NCBI GenBank assembly: GCA_964016885.1
Contig: OZ024750.1
Coordinates: forward strand, 41,726,001-41,790,000
Length of the DNA: 64,000 bases
Direction of reading: 5' to 3'
From: Eledone cirrhosa
Lineage: Eukaryota
In this document: positions 24,761 through 37,806 of the stretch, in pieces
How the letters are laid out: every line of letters begins with the position of its first letter
Numbering within the stretch: position 1 is the stretch's first letter
The notes under the pieces: model-generated
What the model was told of the DNA's origin: nothing
The model's input: the letters and a program-made list of their open reading frames with translations, nothing else
Databases searched by the model: none
Made by a program: the position numbers and the translations under genes

Positions 24761-27094
24761 ACTACCACTCTCTAGAGTGTACTGGGTACATTCTATTGTG
24801 GCACCAGTACTACCACTCCCTAGAGTGTACTGGGTACATTCTATTGTGGCACCAGTACTACCACTCCCTAGAGGGTACTGGGTACATTCTATTGTGGCAC
24901 CAGTACTACCACTCTCTAGAGGGTACTGGGTACATTCTATTGTGGCACCAGTACTACCACTCCCTAGAGTGTACTGGGTACATTCTATTGTGGCACCAGT
25001 ACTACCACTCCCTAGAGGGTAGTGGGTACATTCTATTGTGGCACCAGTACTACCACTCTCTAGAGGGTACTGGGTACATTCTATTGTGGCACCAGTACTA
25101 CCACTCCCTAGAGTGTACTGGGTACATTCTATTGTGGCACCAGTACTACCACTCTCTAGAGTGTACTGGGTACATTCTATTGTGGCACCAGTACTACCAC
25201 TCCCTAGAGGGTACTGGGTACATTCTATTGTGGCACCAGTACTACCACTCTCTAGAGGGTAGTGGGTACATTCTATTGTGGCACCAGTACTACCACTCCC
25301 TAGAGGGTACTGGGTACATTCTATTGTGGCACCAGTACTACCACTCTCTAGAGTGTACTGGGTACATTCTATTGTGGCACCAGTACTACCACTCTATAGA
25401 GTGTACTGGGTACATTCTATTGTGGCACCAGTACTACCACTCTCTAGAGTGTACTGGGTACATTCTATTGTGGCACCAGTACTACCGCTCCCTAGAGGGT
25501 ACTGGGTACATTCTATTGTGGCACCAGTACTACCACTCTCTAGAGTGTACTGGGTACATTCTATTGTGGCACCAGTACTACCACTCTATAGAGTGTACTG
25601 GGTACATTCTATTGTGGCACCAGTACTACCACTCTCTAGAGTGTACTGGGTACATTCTATTGTGGCACCAGTACTACCACTCCCTAGAGGGTAGTGGGTA
25701 CATTCTATTGTGGCACCAGTACTACCACTCCCTAGAGGGTACTGGGTACATTCTATTGTGGCACCAGTACTACCACTCTCTAGAGTGTACTGGGTACATT
25801 CTATTGTGGCACCAGTACTACCACTCCCTAGAGTGTACTGGGTACATTCTATTGTGGCACCAGTACTACCACTCCCTAGAGGGTAGTGGGTACATTCTAT
25901 TGTGGCACCAGTACTACCACTCCCTAGAGGGTACTGGGTACATTCTATTGTGGCACCAGTACTACCACTCTCTAGAGGGTAGTGGGTACATTCTATTGTG
26001 GCACCAGTACTACCACTCTATAGAGTGTACTGGGTACATTCTATTGTGGAACCAGTACTACCACTCCCTAGAGGGTAGTGGGTACATTCTATTGTGGCAC
26101 CAGTACTACCACTCCCTAGAGGGTACTGGGTACATTCTATTGTGGCACCAGTACTACCACTCTCTAGAGTGTACTGGGTACATTCTATTGTGGCACCAGT
26201 ACTACCACTCCCTAGAGGGTAGTGGGTACATTCTATTGCGGCACCAGTACTACCACTCTCTAGAGGGTACTGGGTACATTCTATTGTGGCACCAGTACTA
26301 CCACTCCCTAGAGGGTAGTGGGTACATTCTATTGTGGCACCAGTACTACCACTCTCTAGAGGGTAGTGGGTACATTCTATTGCGGCACCAGTACTACCAC
26401 TCTCTAGAGGGTACTGGGTACATTCTATTGTGGCACCAGTACTACCACTCTCTAGAGGGTACTGGGTACATACTATTGTGGCACCAGTACTACCACTCCA
26501 TAGAGGGTACTGGGTACATACTATTGTGGCACCAGTACTACCACTCCCTAGAGGGTACTGGGTACATTCTATTGTGGCACCAGTACTACCACTCTATAGA
26601 GTGTACTGGGTACATTCTATTGTGGCACCAGTACTACCACTCTCTAGAGTGTACTGGGTACATTCTATTGTGGCACCAGTACTACCACTCCCTAGAGGGT
26701 ACTGGGTACATTCTATTGTGGCACCAGTACTACCACTCCCTAGAGGGTACTGGGTACATTCTATTGTGGCACCAGTACTACCACTCTCTAGAGGGTACTG
26801 GGTACATTCTATTGTGGCACCAGTACTACCACTCTCTAGAGTGTACTGGGTACATTCTATTGTGGCACCAGTACTACCACTCCCTAGAGGGTACTGGGTA
26901 CATTCTATTGTGGCACCAGTACTACCACTCCCTAGAGGGTACTGGGTACATTCTATTGTGGCACCAGTACTACCACTCTCTAGAGGGTACTGGGTACATT
27001 CTATTGTGGCACCAGTACTACCACTCTCTAGAGGGTACTGGGTACATTCTATTGTGGCACCAGTACTACCACTCCCTAGAGGGTACTGGGTACA
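24743..27094. repeat. 48-bp minisatellite, 49 copies, highly homogeneous
   Basis: Unit TTCTATTGTGGCACCAGTACTACCACTCYCTAGAGKGTACTGGGTACA; 2352 bp / 48 = 49. Confidence 0.98.
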
Positions 27095-28366
27095 TTAACC
27101 TGTTTACTGCCGCGTATATTTCACACAGCTACAGTTTCTGTGTTGACTGCTGTGTATATTTTACACAGCTACAGTTGCTGTGTTGACTGCTGTGTATATT
27201 TTACACAGCTACAGTTGCTGTGTTGACTGCTGTGTATATTTTACACAGCTACAGTTGCTGTGTTGACTGCTGTGTATATTTAACACAGCTACAATTGCTT
27301 TGTTGACTGCCATGTATATTTTACACAGCTACAGTTGCTGTGTTGACTGCTGTGTATATTTTACACAGCTACTGATGCTGTGTTGACTGCCATGTATATT
27401 TTACACAGCTACAGTTGCTGTGTTGACTGCCGTGTATATTTTACACAGCTACTGTTGCTGTGTTGACTGCCGTGTATATTTTACACAGCTACTGTTGCTG
27501 TGTTGACTGCCGTGTATATTTTACACAGCTACTGTTGCTGTGTTGACTGTCATGTATATTTTACACAGCTACTGATGCTGTGTTGACTGCCGTGTATATT
27601 TTACACAGCTACAGTTGCTGTGTTGACTGTCATGTATATTTTACACAGCTACTGTTGCTGTGTTGACTGTCATGTATATTTTACACAGCTACTGTTGCTG
27701 TGTTGACTGCTGTGTATATTTTATACAGCTACAGTTGCTGTGTTGACTGTCATGTATATTTTACACAGCTACTGTTGCTGTGTTGACTGCCGTGTATATT
27801 TTACACAGCTACAGTTGCTGTGTTGACTGTCATGTATATTTTACACAGCTACAGTTGCTGTGTTGACTGTTGTGGATATTTTACACAGCTACAGTTGCTG
27901 TGTTGACTTTTGTGGATATTTGACACAGCTACAGTTGCTGTGTTGACTACTGTGTATATTTTACACAGCTACAGTTGCTGTGTTGACTGTTGTGGATATT
28001 TTACACAGCTAGAGTTGCTGTGTTGACTGTTGTGGATATTTTACACAGCTACAGTTGGTATCTTGACTACTGTGTATATTTTACACAGCTACAGTTGCTG
28101 TGTTGACCGCTGTGTATATTTTACACAGCTACAGTTGCTGTGTTGACTGTTGTGGATATTTTACACAGCTACAGTTGCTGTGTTGACTGTTGTGGATATT
28201 TTACACAGCTACTGTTGCTATGTTGACTGCCATGTATATTTTACACAGCTACAGTTGCTGTGTTGACTGTTGTGGATATTTTACACAGCTACAGTTGGTA
28301 TGTTGACTACTGTGTATATTTTACACAGCTACAGTTGCTGTGTTGACTGCTGTATATATTTTACAC
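27095..28366. repeat. 40-bp minisatellite (~31 copies), starting at TTAACC
   Basis: Unit TGTTGACTGCTGTGTATATTTTACACAGCTACAGTTGCTG with internal hairpin GCTGTGTA/TACACAGC. Confidence 0.97.
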
Positions 28367-28543
28367 TGAGCCAATCCCATTCTCTGAGCGACAGTAGCTA
28401 TAATCCGAAAAGAAGAAAAGATCAACATCATCGGTAAATACTGAGCCGCAGGTTTTATATCGGAGTTATCCCAGTTTCCTGAGTTGCCTTCTGTATGTAT
28501 CCATGTATATATATATATACATGCATACATGCACATACATATA

Positions 28544-28579
<36 letters not shown>

Positions 28580-28584
<5 letters not shown>

Positions 28585-28698
28585 AACGAGTAGGACCCCG
28601 ACGGTTGAGCTCAAGCCGTTTCGACAGCTAATTCTGTACGCCAGAATTAGCCGTCGAAACGGCTTGAGCTCAGCCGTCGGGGTCCTACTCGTTCCTAT
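28580..28698. repeat. 119-bp GC-rich palindrome (57-bp arms, 5-nt loop)
   Basis: 28580-28636 is the reverse complement of 28642-28698 with 2 mismatches. Confidence 0.95.
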
Positions 28699-29050
28699 TA
28701 CCCACTCTACTACCCTAAGTATTGAGTACTTTGGTGCGTTATCGTCCACCTGGTTCCTTACCACACTTCCTTCATTATATATATATATATATATATATAA
28801 TGTAACATAGAAGCAACATATTATTATCATCATTATGAGGAGGTCACCTGCAAATATTATGGTTGTTTAGAGGAATACTAAATTTATACCTTCTCCTCTG
28901 TTATTATATATACTTGGACTGTATGAATAAATTTTGTAAATGTACTACTGTGTCTGAGCTGCTGTTCTTAAACATACATAGACTCACAATCAATATTCTC
29001 TACAGAATCTATTAGAACCACAGATTTTTGACAGACACACATAAAATGTT

Positions 29051-29500
29051 AGATCTTTCCTGATATTTTAACCCTTTTTTAGACCAACCTGCTTCAAAAC
29101 AACCCTTTTGATAGACCCACGAAAAATACCATATCTTTCCTGATATTTTAACCCTTTTTTAGACCAACCTGCTTCAAAACAACCCTTTTGATAGACCCAC
29201 GAAAAATACCATATATTTCCTGATATTTTAACCCTTTTTTAGACCAACCTGCTTCAAAACAACTCTTTTGGTAGACCCACAAAAAATCCCATGTCTTTCC
29301 TGATTTTTTAACCCTTTTTATATCAACCTGCTTCAAAACAGCCCTTTTGGTTGATCCACATAAAACGCCATCTTTCCTGATATCTTAACCCTTTTTTATA
29401 CCAACCTGAAAACAACCATTCTCCTCTTATAACTAAATATTTTGGCAGACCCATATAAAATGCTACATCTTTGCTGACATTTTAACCCTTTTTAAAACAA
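29051..29500. repeat. 80-bp tandem repeat (~5 copies) containing TTAACCCTTTT
   Basis: TGATATTTTAACCCTTTTTTAGACCAACCTGCTTCAAAAC at 29061, 29141, 29221, 29301, then decaying. Confidence 0.92.
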
Positions 29501-29702
29501 GCCTTCTTCTCTGATACAAAACAGTTTATTTCAATGTATCCATATTAAGATATGTCTTCCATGATAGGTTATTTTTATATAAATACTAGTTTAATTGTTT
29601 AATCATGATAAAGTGAGTTGTATTATAATACAACTCACTTCAAATTCTTGATTAATTTCGAAACTAATAGAACATCATAGTCAGAATATTTCATCCTCAA
29701 CG

Positions 29703-31110
29703 CCAACAACAACAACACCACCATCACCGCCAACAATAACACCAACAACAACACTACCTCCACCACCACCACTACTACCACCACTACCACTACCTCCACC
29801 ACCACCACTACTACCACCACTACCACTACCACCACCACCACCACTGCCAACACTACCACCACCACTACCACCAGCACCACCACTGCCAACACTACCATCA
29901 CCACCACCACTGCCAACACTACCACCACCACTACCACCAGCACCACCACTGCCAACACTACCACCACCACCACCACTGCCAACACTACCACCACCACTAC
30001 CACCAGCACCACCACTGCCAACACTACCACCACCACCACCACTGCCAACACTACCACCACCACTACCACCAGCACCACCACTGCCAACACTACCACCACC
30101 ACCACCACTGCCAACACTACCACCACCACTACCACCAGCACCACCACTGCCAACACTACCACCACCACCACCACTGCCAACACTACCACCACCACTACCA
30201 CCAGCACCACCACTGCCAACACTACCACCACCACCACCACTGCCAACACTACCACCACCACTACCACCAGCACCACCACTGCCAACACTACCACCACCAC
30301 CACCACTGCCAACACTACCACCACCACTACCACCAACACCACCATTGCCAACACTACCACCACCACCACCACCACCACCCCCACCACCACTACCACCACC
30401 ATTGCCAACATTACCACCACCACCACCACTGCCAACACTACCACCACCACCACCACCACTACCACCACCACTGCCACCACTACCACCACCACCACTGCCA
30501 ACACTACCACCACCACTACCACCACCACCACCACTACCACCATCACTACCACCACCACCAACAACAACACCACCAACAACACCAACACTACCACCACAAT
30601 ACCCACTACCACCACCACCACCACTACCACCACCACTACCACCACCACCACCACTACCACCACCACTGCCAACACTACCACCACCACCACTACCAACACC
30701 ACTACCACCACTACCACCACCACCACCACTGCCAACACTACCACCACCACCACCACTACCCCCATCACAACCACCACTGCCAACACTACCACCACCACCA
30801 CCACCACTACCACTGCCAACACTACCACCACCACCACTACCACCATCACAACCACCACTGCCAACACTACCACCACCACCACTGCCAACACTACCACCAC
30901 CACCACCACCACCACTGCCAACACTACCACCACCACCACTGCCAACACTACCACCACCACCACCACTACCACCACCCCCACCACTGCCAACACTACCACC
31001 ACCACCACTACCACCATCACAACCACCACTGCCAACACTAGCACCACCACCACTGCCAACACTACCACCACCACCACCACCACCACTGCCAACACTACCA
31101 CCACCACCAT
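29703..31110. repeat. (ACC)n-based compound trinucleotide array with ACTGCCAACACT spacers
   Basis: Visible; produces the poly-V and poly-P ORFs. Confidence 0.97.
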
Positions 31111-31195
31111 TGTAGCAACAGTAAAAGACGAAGTAGGAGGAGGAAACAGCATGTCAGTGGATCAGGGATTGAAGTGAGGGTGAAATGAGTCCAGT

Positions 31196-31890
31196 AAGTT
31201 GCAAGGAGCAGAGACCATTGTAAAAACAGTGGAAGAGGTAGAAGACAGCGTGTCTGTGGGGCAGGGACTAGAGAGGGAGTGACGTGGGTGTAGCAAGTTC
31301 CACAGAGCAGATACCATTGTAGAAACAGTGGAAGAGGTAGAAGACAGCGTGTCTGTGGGGCAGGGACTAGAGAGGGAGTGACGTGGGTGTAGCAAGTTCC
31401 ACAGAGCAGATACCATTGTAGAAACAGTGGAAGAGGTAGAAGACAGCATGTCTGTGGGGCAGGGACTAGAGTGGGAGTGACGTGGGTCTAGCAAGTTCCA
31501 CAGAGCAGATACCATTGTAGAAACAGTGGAAGAGGTAGAAGACAGCGTGTCTGTGGGGCAGGGACTAGAGAGGGAGTGACGTGGGTGTAGCAAGTTCCAC
31601 AGAGCAGATACCATTGTAGAAACAGTGGAAGAGGTAGAAGACAGCATGTCTGTGGGGCAGGGACTAGAGAGGGAGTGACGTGGGTGTAGCAAGTTCCACA
31701 GAGCAGATACCATTGTAGAAACAGTGGAAGAGGTAGAAGACAGCGTGTCTGTGGGGCAGGGACTAGAGTGGGAGTGACGTGGGTCTAGCAAGTTCCACAG
31801 AGCAGATACCATTGTAGAAGAAGCAGAAGGTGGAGACAATATTTGTGGCCAGAGTCTAGAGTAGGAGTGACATGGGTGTAGCAAGTTATA
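31196..31890. repeat. 99-bp minisatellite (~7 copies)
   Basis: ACCATTGTA at 31214, 31313, ...; 33-aa periodicity in ORF 31162..31884. Confidence 0.95.
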
Positions 31891-31937
31891 AGGAAAGAAA
31901 CCATTATAGTAGTGGTAGAATAAAGTTCTGTGATTTG

Positions 31938-32750
31938 TCTTCTTCTTCCCCCATATATTCCTGAGAGGGTTGTGGGGCCAGAGTCCTCAAACACTCCATC
32001 CAGCGGGTCCTGCCAGAAGCAACTATCTCCAACTGATCTGGCTGGATCCCCAAGCATGACCAGCCAAGCTCATGGATGTTATCCAACCATCTTGCTTGGG
32101 GTCTCCCCCTGGGTCACCTACCAGTTGGTTTTGCCAATAAAATCTGTCCAGCGATTTTTTCCTAAGACATTCTAACCACATGGCCATAGTATCGGTGCTG
32201 TGATCTCTCAATTCAGAGAAGAAGTTGCGGCTCTACCTGGAGTGACACTCTGATTTCTGAGCTACACATCTGTCCAGCAATTCTTTCCTGAGACATTCTA
32301 ACCACATTCCTATAGTATTGGAGCTGTGATCTCTCAATTCAGAGAAGTTGAGGCTCTACCTGGAGTGACTCTCTGATTTCTGAGCTACAAATCTGTCCAG
32401 CGATTCTTTCCTGAGACATTCTAACCACATTCCTATAGTATTGGAGCTGTGATCTCTCAATTCAGAGAAGTTGAGGCTCTACCTGGAGTGACTCTCTGAT
32501 TTCTGAGCTACAAATCTGTCCAGCAATTCTTTCCTGAGACATTCTAACCACATTCCTATAGTATTGGAGCTGTGATCTCTCAATTCAGAGAAGTTGAGGC
32601 TCTACCTGGAGTGACTTTCTGATCTCCGAGTTACACATTTTATCAAGTAACGTTACTCCAAAGACCTTTCAGAGGAACCCCATTTTGGCTGTTTGTATTC
32701 GCGATCGTATCCTTTTGGTCAATACTCAGGATTCATGACTATGACTTGTA
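31938..32750 (-). mobile_element. Old RTE-clade LINE 3' fragment with internal 123-bp quadruplication
   Basis: Translation SHES*VLTKRIRSRIQTAKMGFL*KVFGVTLLDKMCNSEIRKSLQVEPQLL*IERSQLQYYRNVVRMSQERIAGQI ... PRGRPQARWLDNIHELGWSCLGIQPDQLEIVASGRTRWMECLRTLAPQPSQE; short (GAA)n near 31938-31947. Confidence 0.85.
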
Positions 32751-32926
32751 AATAAACAAAAAATAGAATCTCTCATTAGGTTTCAGTGAGAGATATTTAG
32801 GTTGCTGTGAGGTTCAATATCTGAAGTTCCTGGTAATAGTGAAATAATTCATAAAAATACCAAGAATTACAATACTAATTAATGCTGCCAATGATGTTTA
32901 TTAGAAATATCATTTTTATTTGATGT

Positions 32927-34070
32927 ATACACTTGTGAATCTATATACACACTTGTGAATCTATATACACACACAGGAAGCTATATGTACACACACAGGA
33001 ATTTATATACACACTCAGGAATCTATATACACACTCAGGAACACATATATAAACTTGTGAATATATATACACATGCCTCAATCTATATATATATATGCAC
33101 TCCTCAATCTATATATATATAGACTCCTCAATATATATACACACGCCTCAATCTATATATATATATACACTCCTCAATCTATATATATACACTCCTCAAT
33201 ATATATACACACACCTCAATCTCTATATATATATATACACTCCTCAATCTATATATATATACACTCCTCAATATATATACACACTCCACAATATATATAT
33301 ACACTCCTCATTTTATATACGCACTCAATCTACATGCACACTCAATCTATATACACACTCCTCAATATATACACACTCCTCAGTATATATTTACACTCCT
33401 CAATATATACACACTCCTCAGTATATATATACACTCCTCAATCTATATACACACTCCTCAATCTATATACACACTCCTCAATCTATATACATACTCCTCA
33501 ATATATATATACACTCATCAATATATATATACACACTTTTGAATATATATACACACTCCTCAATCTATTACACACTCCTCAATATATATATACACACTCC
33601 TCAGTATATATATACACTCCTCAATCTATATACACACTCCTCAATCTATATACACACTCCTCAATATATATATACACTCCTCAATATATATATACACACT
33701 TGTGAATATATATACACACTCCTCAATCTATATACACTCCTCAGTATATATATACATTCCTCAATCTATACACACTCCTCAATCTATATACACACTCCTC
33801 AATATATACACACTCCTCAGTATATATTTACACTCCTCAATATATACACACTCCTCAGTATATATATACACTCTTCAATCTATACACACTCCTCAATCTA
33901 TATACACACTCCTCAATATATACACACTCCTCAGTATATATATACACTCCTCAATCTATATACACTCCTCAATCTATATACACACTCCTCAATCTATATA
34001 CACACTCCTCAAAATATATACACACACATTAATCTATATACACACACATCAATCTATATATACACACTTG
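32927..34070. repeat. Degenerate ~20-25-bp minisatellite ACACTCCTCAAT(CT/AT)ATATAT
   Basis: Visible; unit length varies with the embedded (AT)n. Confidence 0.92.
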
Positions 34071-34139
34071 TGGCTCTAAGATAATTATGAGGTTTGCTGC
34101 AGAAATCCATATTATTTCATGACAGAATCACATTAAAAA

Positions 34140-34625
34140 GTAAAAACAAAAACATATAGAAAAATAAATGAAATAAATAAATAAAACAAATACAACCCCC
34201 TTCCCTTCCACTCCTTTATAATGACACAAAAAACAAACAAACAATACAAAGACAGCCCTCTCCCACGCTCCCCCTTAATAATGACAAAAAACACAAAATA
34301 ATAAAAATACAGCCCCTCACCCCCTCTTCTTTCCTTAATAATGACAAAAAAAATCATAATACAGACACACACACACACACACACACCCTTTTTTTTATGA
34401 CAAAAATATAAATAAATAATATAAAGACAAACCCCCTCCCCCCTCCCCTCCCCCTCCTCACCCCCCTTAATAATGACAACAAAAAAAACAAAATAATAGA
34501 AAGACATATCCCTACCGCCGCCACCCTACCCTTCCCCCTGCCACCACCAACCTACCACCACCACCCTACCACCACCAACCTACCACCACCACACTACCAC
34601 CACCACCCCAACCCATAATGACAAA
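34140..34625. repeat. Low-complexity degenerate repeat (TAATGACA-A-rich-C-rich)
   Basis: ATAATGACA recurs about every 60-70 bp in the first part, between A-rich and C-rich tracts. Confidence 0.6.
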
Positions 34626-34857
34626 ATCTGAAAGAAGGACGGAAACTAGCATTCTAATAAATTAAATATAATTTATTGGTAACGGTGGATTTAAATCTCA
34701 ACTTCAAACAATCCAATAAACATAAGAATTATCTCCATTGATTACCTTAATATATTATTGATCTCTGGTTTAGACACAAGGTCAGCAAATTTGGTGGAAG
34801 AAGGGGTGGGGGGAGAGAAGGAGGGTAGGGGTGATTATGTCAATCATAATATTTGAC

Positions 34858-35018
34858 TAATGGCAATAAATTAGCAGTTGTTAGAACGTTGGATAGAATA
34901 CTTTGGGGCATTGGTTCTGGCTTTCTGCTCTCTGAGTTCAAGTCCTGCCGAGGTCAACTTTGCCTTTCATCCTTTCGAGGTTGATAAAAAAAGGTACCAG
35001 TCTTGTATTGGGGTTGAT
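34858..35018 (+). mobile_element. tRNA-headed SINE, diverged
   Basis: GAGTTCAAGTCCTGCCGAGGTCAACTTTGCCTTTCATCCTTTCGAGGTTGATAAAAAAAGGTACCAG. Confidence 0.8.
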
Positions 35019-35092
35019 TCTTCCTCTATATCTCTTTCTCACGTTGTATCCTTCTCTGAAAGAAATCTGTTGTACTTTGGCTTCAATATGAG

Positions 35093-36318
35093 GGGCTGGT
35101 TACAGCCGGTTTGAACAGAAAGAGGTGAGAGAATCCTGGCTGGTTACAGCCGGTTTGAACAGAAAGAGGTGAGAGAATCCTGGCTGGTTACAGCTGGTTT
35201 GAACAGAAAGAGGTGAGAGAATTCTGGCTGGTTACAGCCGGTTTGAACAGAAAGAGGTGAGACAATTCTGGCTGGTTACAGCCGGTTTGAACAGAAAGAG
35301 ATGAGATAATTCTAGCTGGTTACAGCCAGTTTGAACAGAAAGAGGTGAGAGAATTCTGGCTGGTTACAGCAGGTTTGAACAGAAAGAGGTAAGAGAATTC
35401 TGGCTGGTTACAGCCGGTTTGAACAGAAAGAGGTGAGAGAATTCTGGCTGGTTACAGCCGGTTTGAACAGAAAGAGGTGAGAGAATTCTAGCTGGTTACA
35501 GCCGGTTTGAACAGAAAGAGGTGAGAGAATTCTGGCTGGTTACAGCCGGTTTGAACAGAAAGCGGTGAGAGAATTCTGGCTGGTTACAGCCGGTTTGAAC
35601 AGAAAGAGGTGAGATAATTCTAGCTGGTTACAGCCGGTTTGAACAGAAAGAGGTGAGAGAATTCTGGCTGGTTACAGCCGGTTTGAACAGAAAGAGGTGA
35701 GAGAATCCTGGCTGGTTACAGCCAGATTGAACAGAAAGGGGTGAGAGAATTCTGGCTGGTTACAGCCGGTTTGAACAGAAAGAGGTGAGAGAATTCTGGC
35801 TGGTTACAGCCGGTTTGAACAGAAAGAGGTGAGAGAATTCTGGCTGGTTACAGCCGGTTTGAACAGAAAGAGGTGAGAGAATTCTGGCTGGTTACAGCCG
35901 GTTTGAACAGAAAGAGGTGAGAGAATTCTGGCTGGTTACAGCCAGTTTGAACAGAAAGAGGTGAGAGAATTCTGGCTGGTTACAGCCGGTTTGAACAGAA
36001 AGAGGTGAGAGAATCCTGGCTGGTTACAGCTGGTTTGAACAGAAAGAGGTGAGAGAATTCTGGCTGGTTACAGCTGGTTTGAACAGAAAGAGGTGAGAGA
36101 ATCCTGGCTGGTTACAGCTGGTTTGAACAGAGAGAGGTGAGAGAACTCTGGCTGGTTACAGCCAGTTTGAACAGAGAGAGGTGAGAGAATCCTAGCCGGA
36201 TACAGCCGGTTTGAACAGAAAGAGGTGAGAGAATCCTGGTTGGTTACAGTCAGTTTGAACGGAAAGAGTTGAGAGAATTCTGGCCGGATATGGTCGGTTT
36301 AAATGCTAAATGGTTAAT
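35093..36318. repeat. 44-bp minisatellite (~27 copies), ending in ..GGTTAA
   Basis: Unit CTGGCTGGTTACAGCCGGTTTGAACAGAAAGAGGTGAGAGAATT. Confidence 0.97.
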
Positions 36319-36677
36319 GAGCAGGATTATTCTAAAAAATTAGAAATTCAACAGTCGAAGCTAAAATATTTCAAACTCACTAGTGTAAAGAATGTCACCT
36401 GCAATACATTAGAACTCTCAAAGATTTAAATTAGAAATAAAATAAAACTGAAATTGCTGTTCCCTTGTCTTTATGTTGAACATGAAGTCCTGGTTTCTCT
36501 CTCTTTCTATGTGTGTGTATGTGTGTGTGTCATAGACGTTTTAGCATCTGCTTTCCCTGCTATGCACATACACACACACATACACATATATATAGATATA
36601 AGTGTCTGCGTGTGTGTGTATATATGTATATATATATATCATAGTCGTTTTAGCATCTGCTTTCCCTGCCATGCATA

Positions 36678-36747
<70 letters not shown>

Positions 36748-36787
36748 GTAATAAACGACAGATATATTACTTTATATCATCTCTATT

Positions 36788-36865
36788 TATTTCATTATAT
36801 ATATTTCGAAGATGTAAAGTTTTATGTATAACATAAACCAAAACATGTCCTCTTCAGACAAAATA
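36788..36865 (-). ncRNA. Putative minimal type-I hammerhead ribozyme (HHR-1)
   Basis: Minus strand: UAUUUUGU-CUGAAGA-GGACAUGU..UUUAUGU uau ACAUAAA..ACAUCUUC-GAAA-U-AUAU-AUA/AUGAAAUA. Stems I and II pair; helix III is minimal with a palindromic loop. Confidence 0.65.
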
Positions 36866-37103
36866 TATAGAAAATGTATAATTTGTTCCTGATATGCTTG
36901 GAGACAAACGAACAGGACAGATCGGTGACCACCAAGCATATGATTAGAAAAACCTCAACACATAAGGGGATTACGTGACTGGGAGAAAACATTACAGTTG
37001 GTTTAAACGTTTCATAAATTATTTAAAATATAGCGTAATTAGATTGGTAAAAAAAAAAAAATTTTTAAAAAGATTGACCATTATTCAGTCCTAATCACTT
37101 ATA

Positions 37104-37326
37104 CAGGGTGGGCCAGAATTCATGACTCACTTGAGTCAGGAATTATTAAAAAATAAAAATATGAATTATTAAGAAATATAAATTATTAAGAAATAAAAAT
37201 GTAAATTAAGAAACCTGCTGAGCATATTAAGAAATAAAATAATAAATTAAAACAATACAAGTACAATAAAATAAGCATGTTAAGAAATATAACTAACAAG
37301 CGAGTCATGAATTCTGGCCCACACTG
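37104..37326. mobile_element. Tc1/mariner-type MITE, 223 bp
   Basis: 30-bp TIRs CAGGGTGGGCCAGAATTCATGACTCACTTG / CAAGCGAGTCATGAATTCTGGCCCACACTG (2 mismatches); TA at 37102-37103 and 37327-37328; AT-rich non-coding interior. Confidence 0.92.
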
Positions 37327-37806
37327 TAGATAGGTATCAAATCAAAAGTATATATTGTTTCAGGAATATTCTGTTAAGACAGGAATAATATTATTATTAT
37401 GGAGAAATAATAATAAAAGGGAAAAATATTGAAACAATTGTTAATACTTTGAATAAACTCTATTGTACAGCTGATCATGTTATACTTCACTTATTTACTA
37501 TATATATATATATATATACACACACACATATCTCTTTTACTCTTTTACCTGTTCCATCCATCCAGCTGAGTCAATGCTGGGGCACCGCCCTTGTTTATAT
37601 ATATATACATATATATATAACCAAAGATTAATATGGTTCGTTGATTATTCAACGAATACAATTTTAAAATAGATTAGAAGCACTCGACAGTGGATTTTCC
37701 TGGAGTATTTAATATTATTCAAAATATTAATAAAGGAAAAATATTCACATAAACAATACTGGAATTGAATAATCAAAACCGTAGCGGTATGTCGCATATC
37801 AAATCT

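Noticed and set aside
24592-27186. 864-aa ORF of LLWHQYYHSLECTGYI repeats
   Set aside because: It is a 48-bp SINE-derived minisatellite whose unit is a multiple of 3 and lacks a stop in one frame; few variant sites, GTG start, no unique domain.
28630-28670. Fifth hammerhead in the GC-rich palindrome
   Set aside because: GAAAC is present but there is no CUGANGA box and no properly placed NUH triplet.
29635-31884. Extensin- or mucin-like poly-P/poly-V ORFs and the 33-aa repeat ORF
   Set aside because: Translations of (ACC)n and a 99-bp minisatellite; no signal peptide or exon evidence. A mucin-like exon cannot be fully excluded without RNA data.
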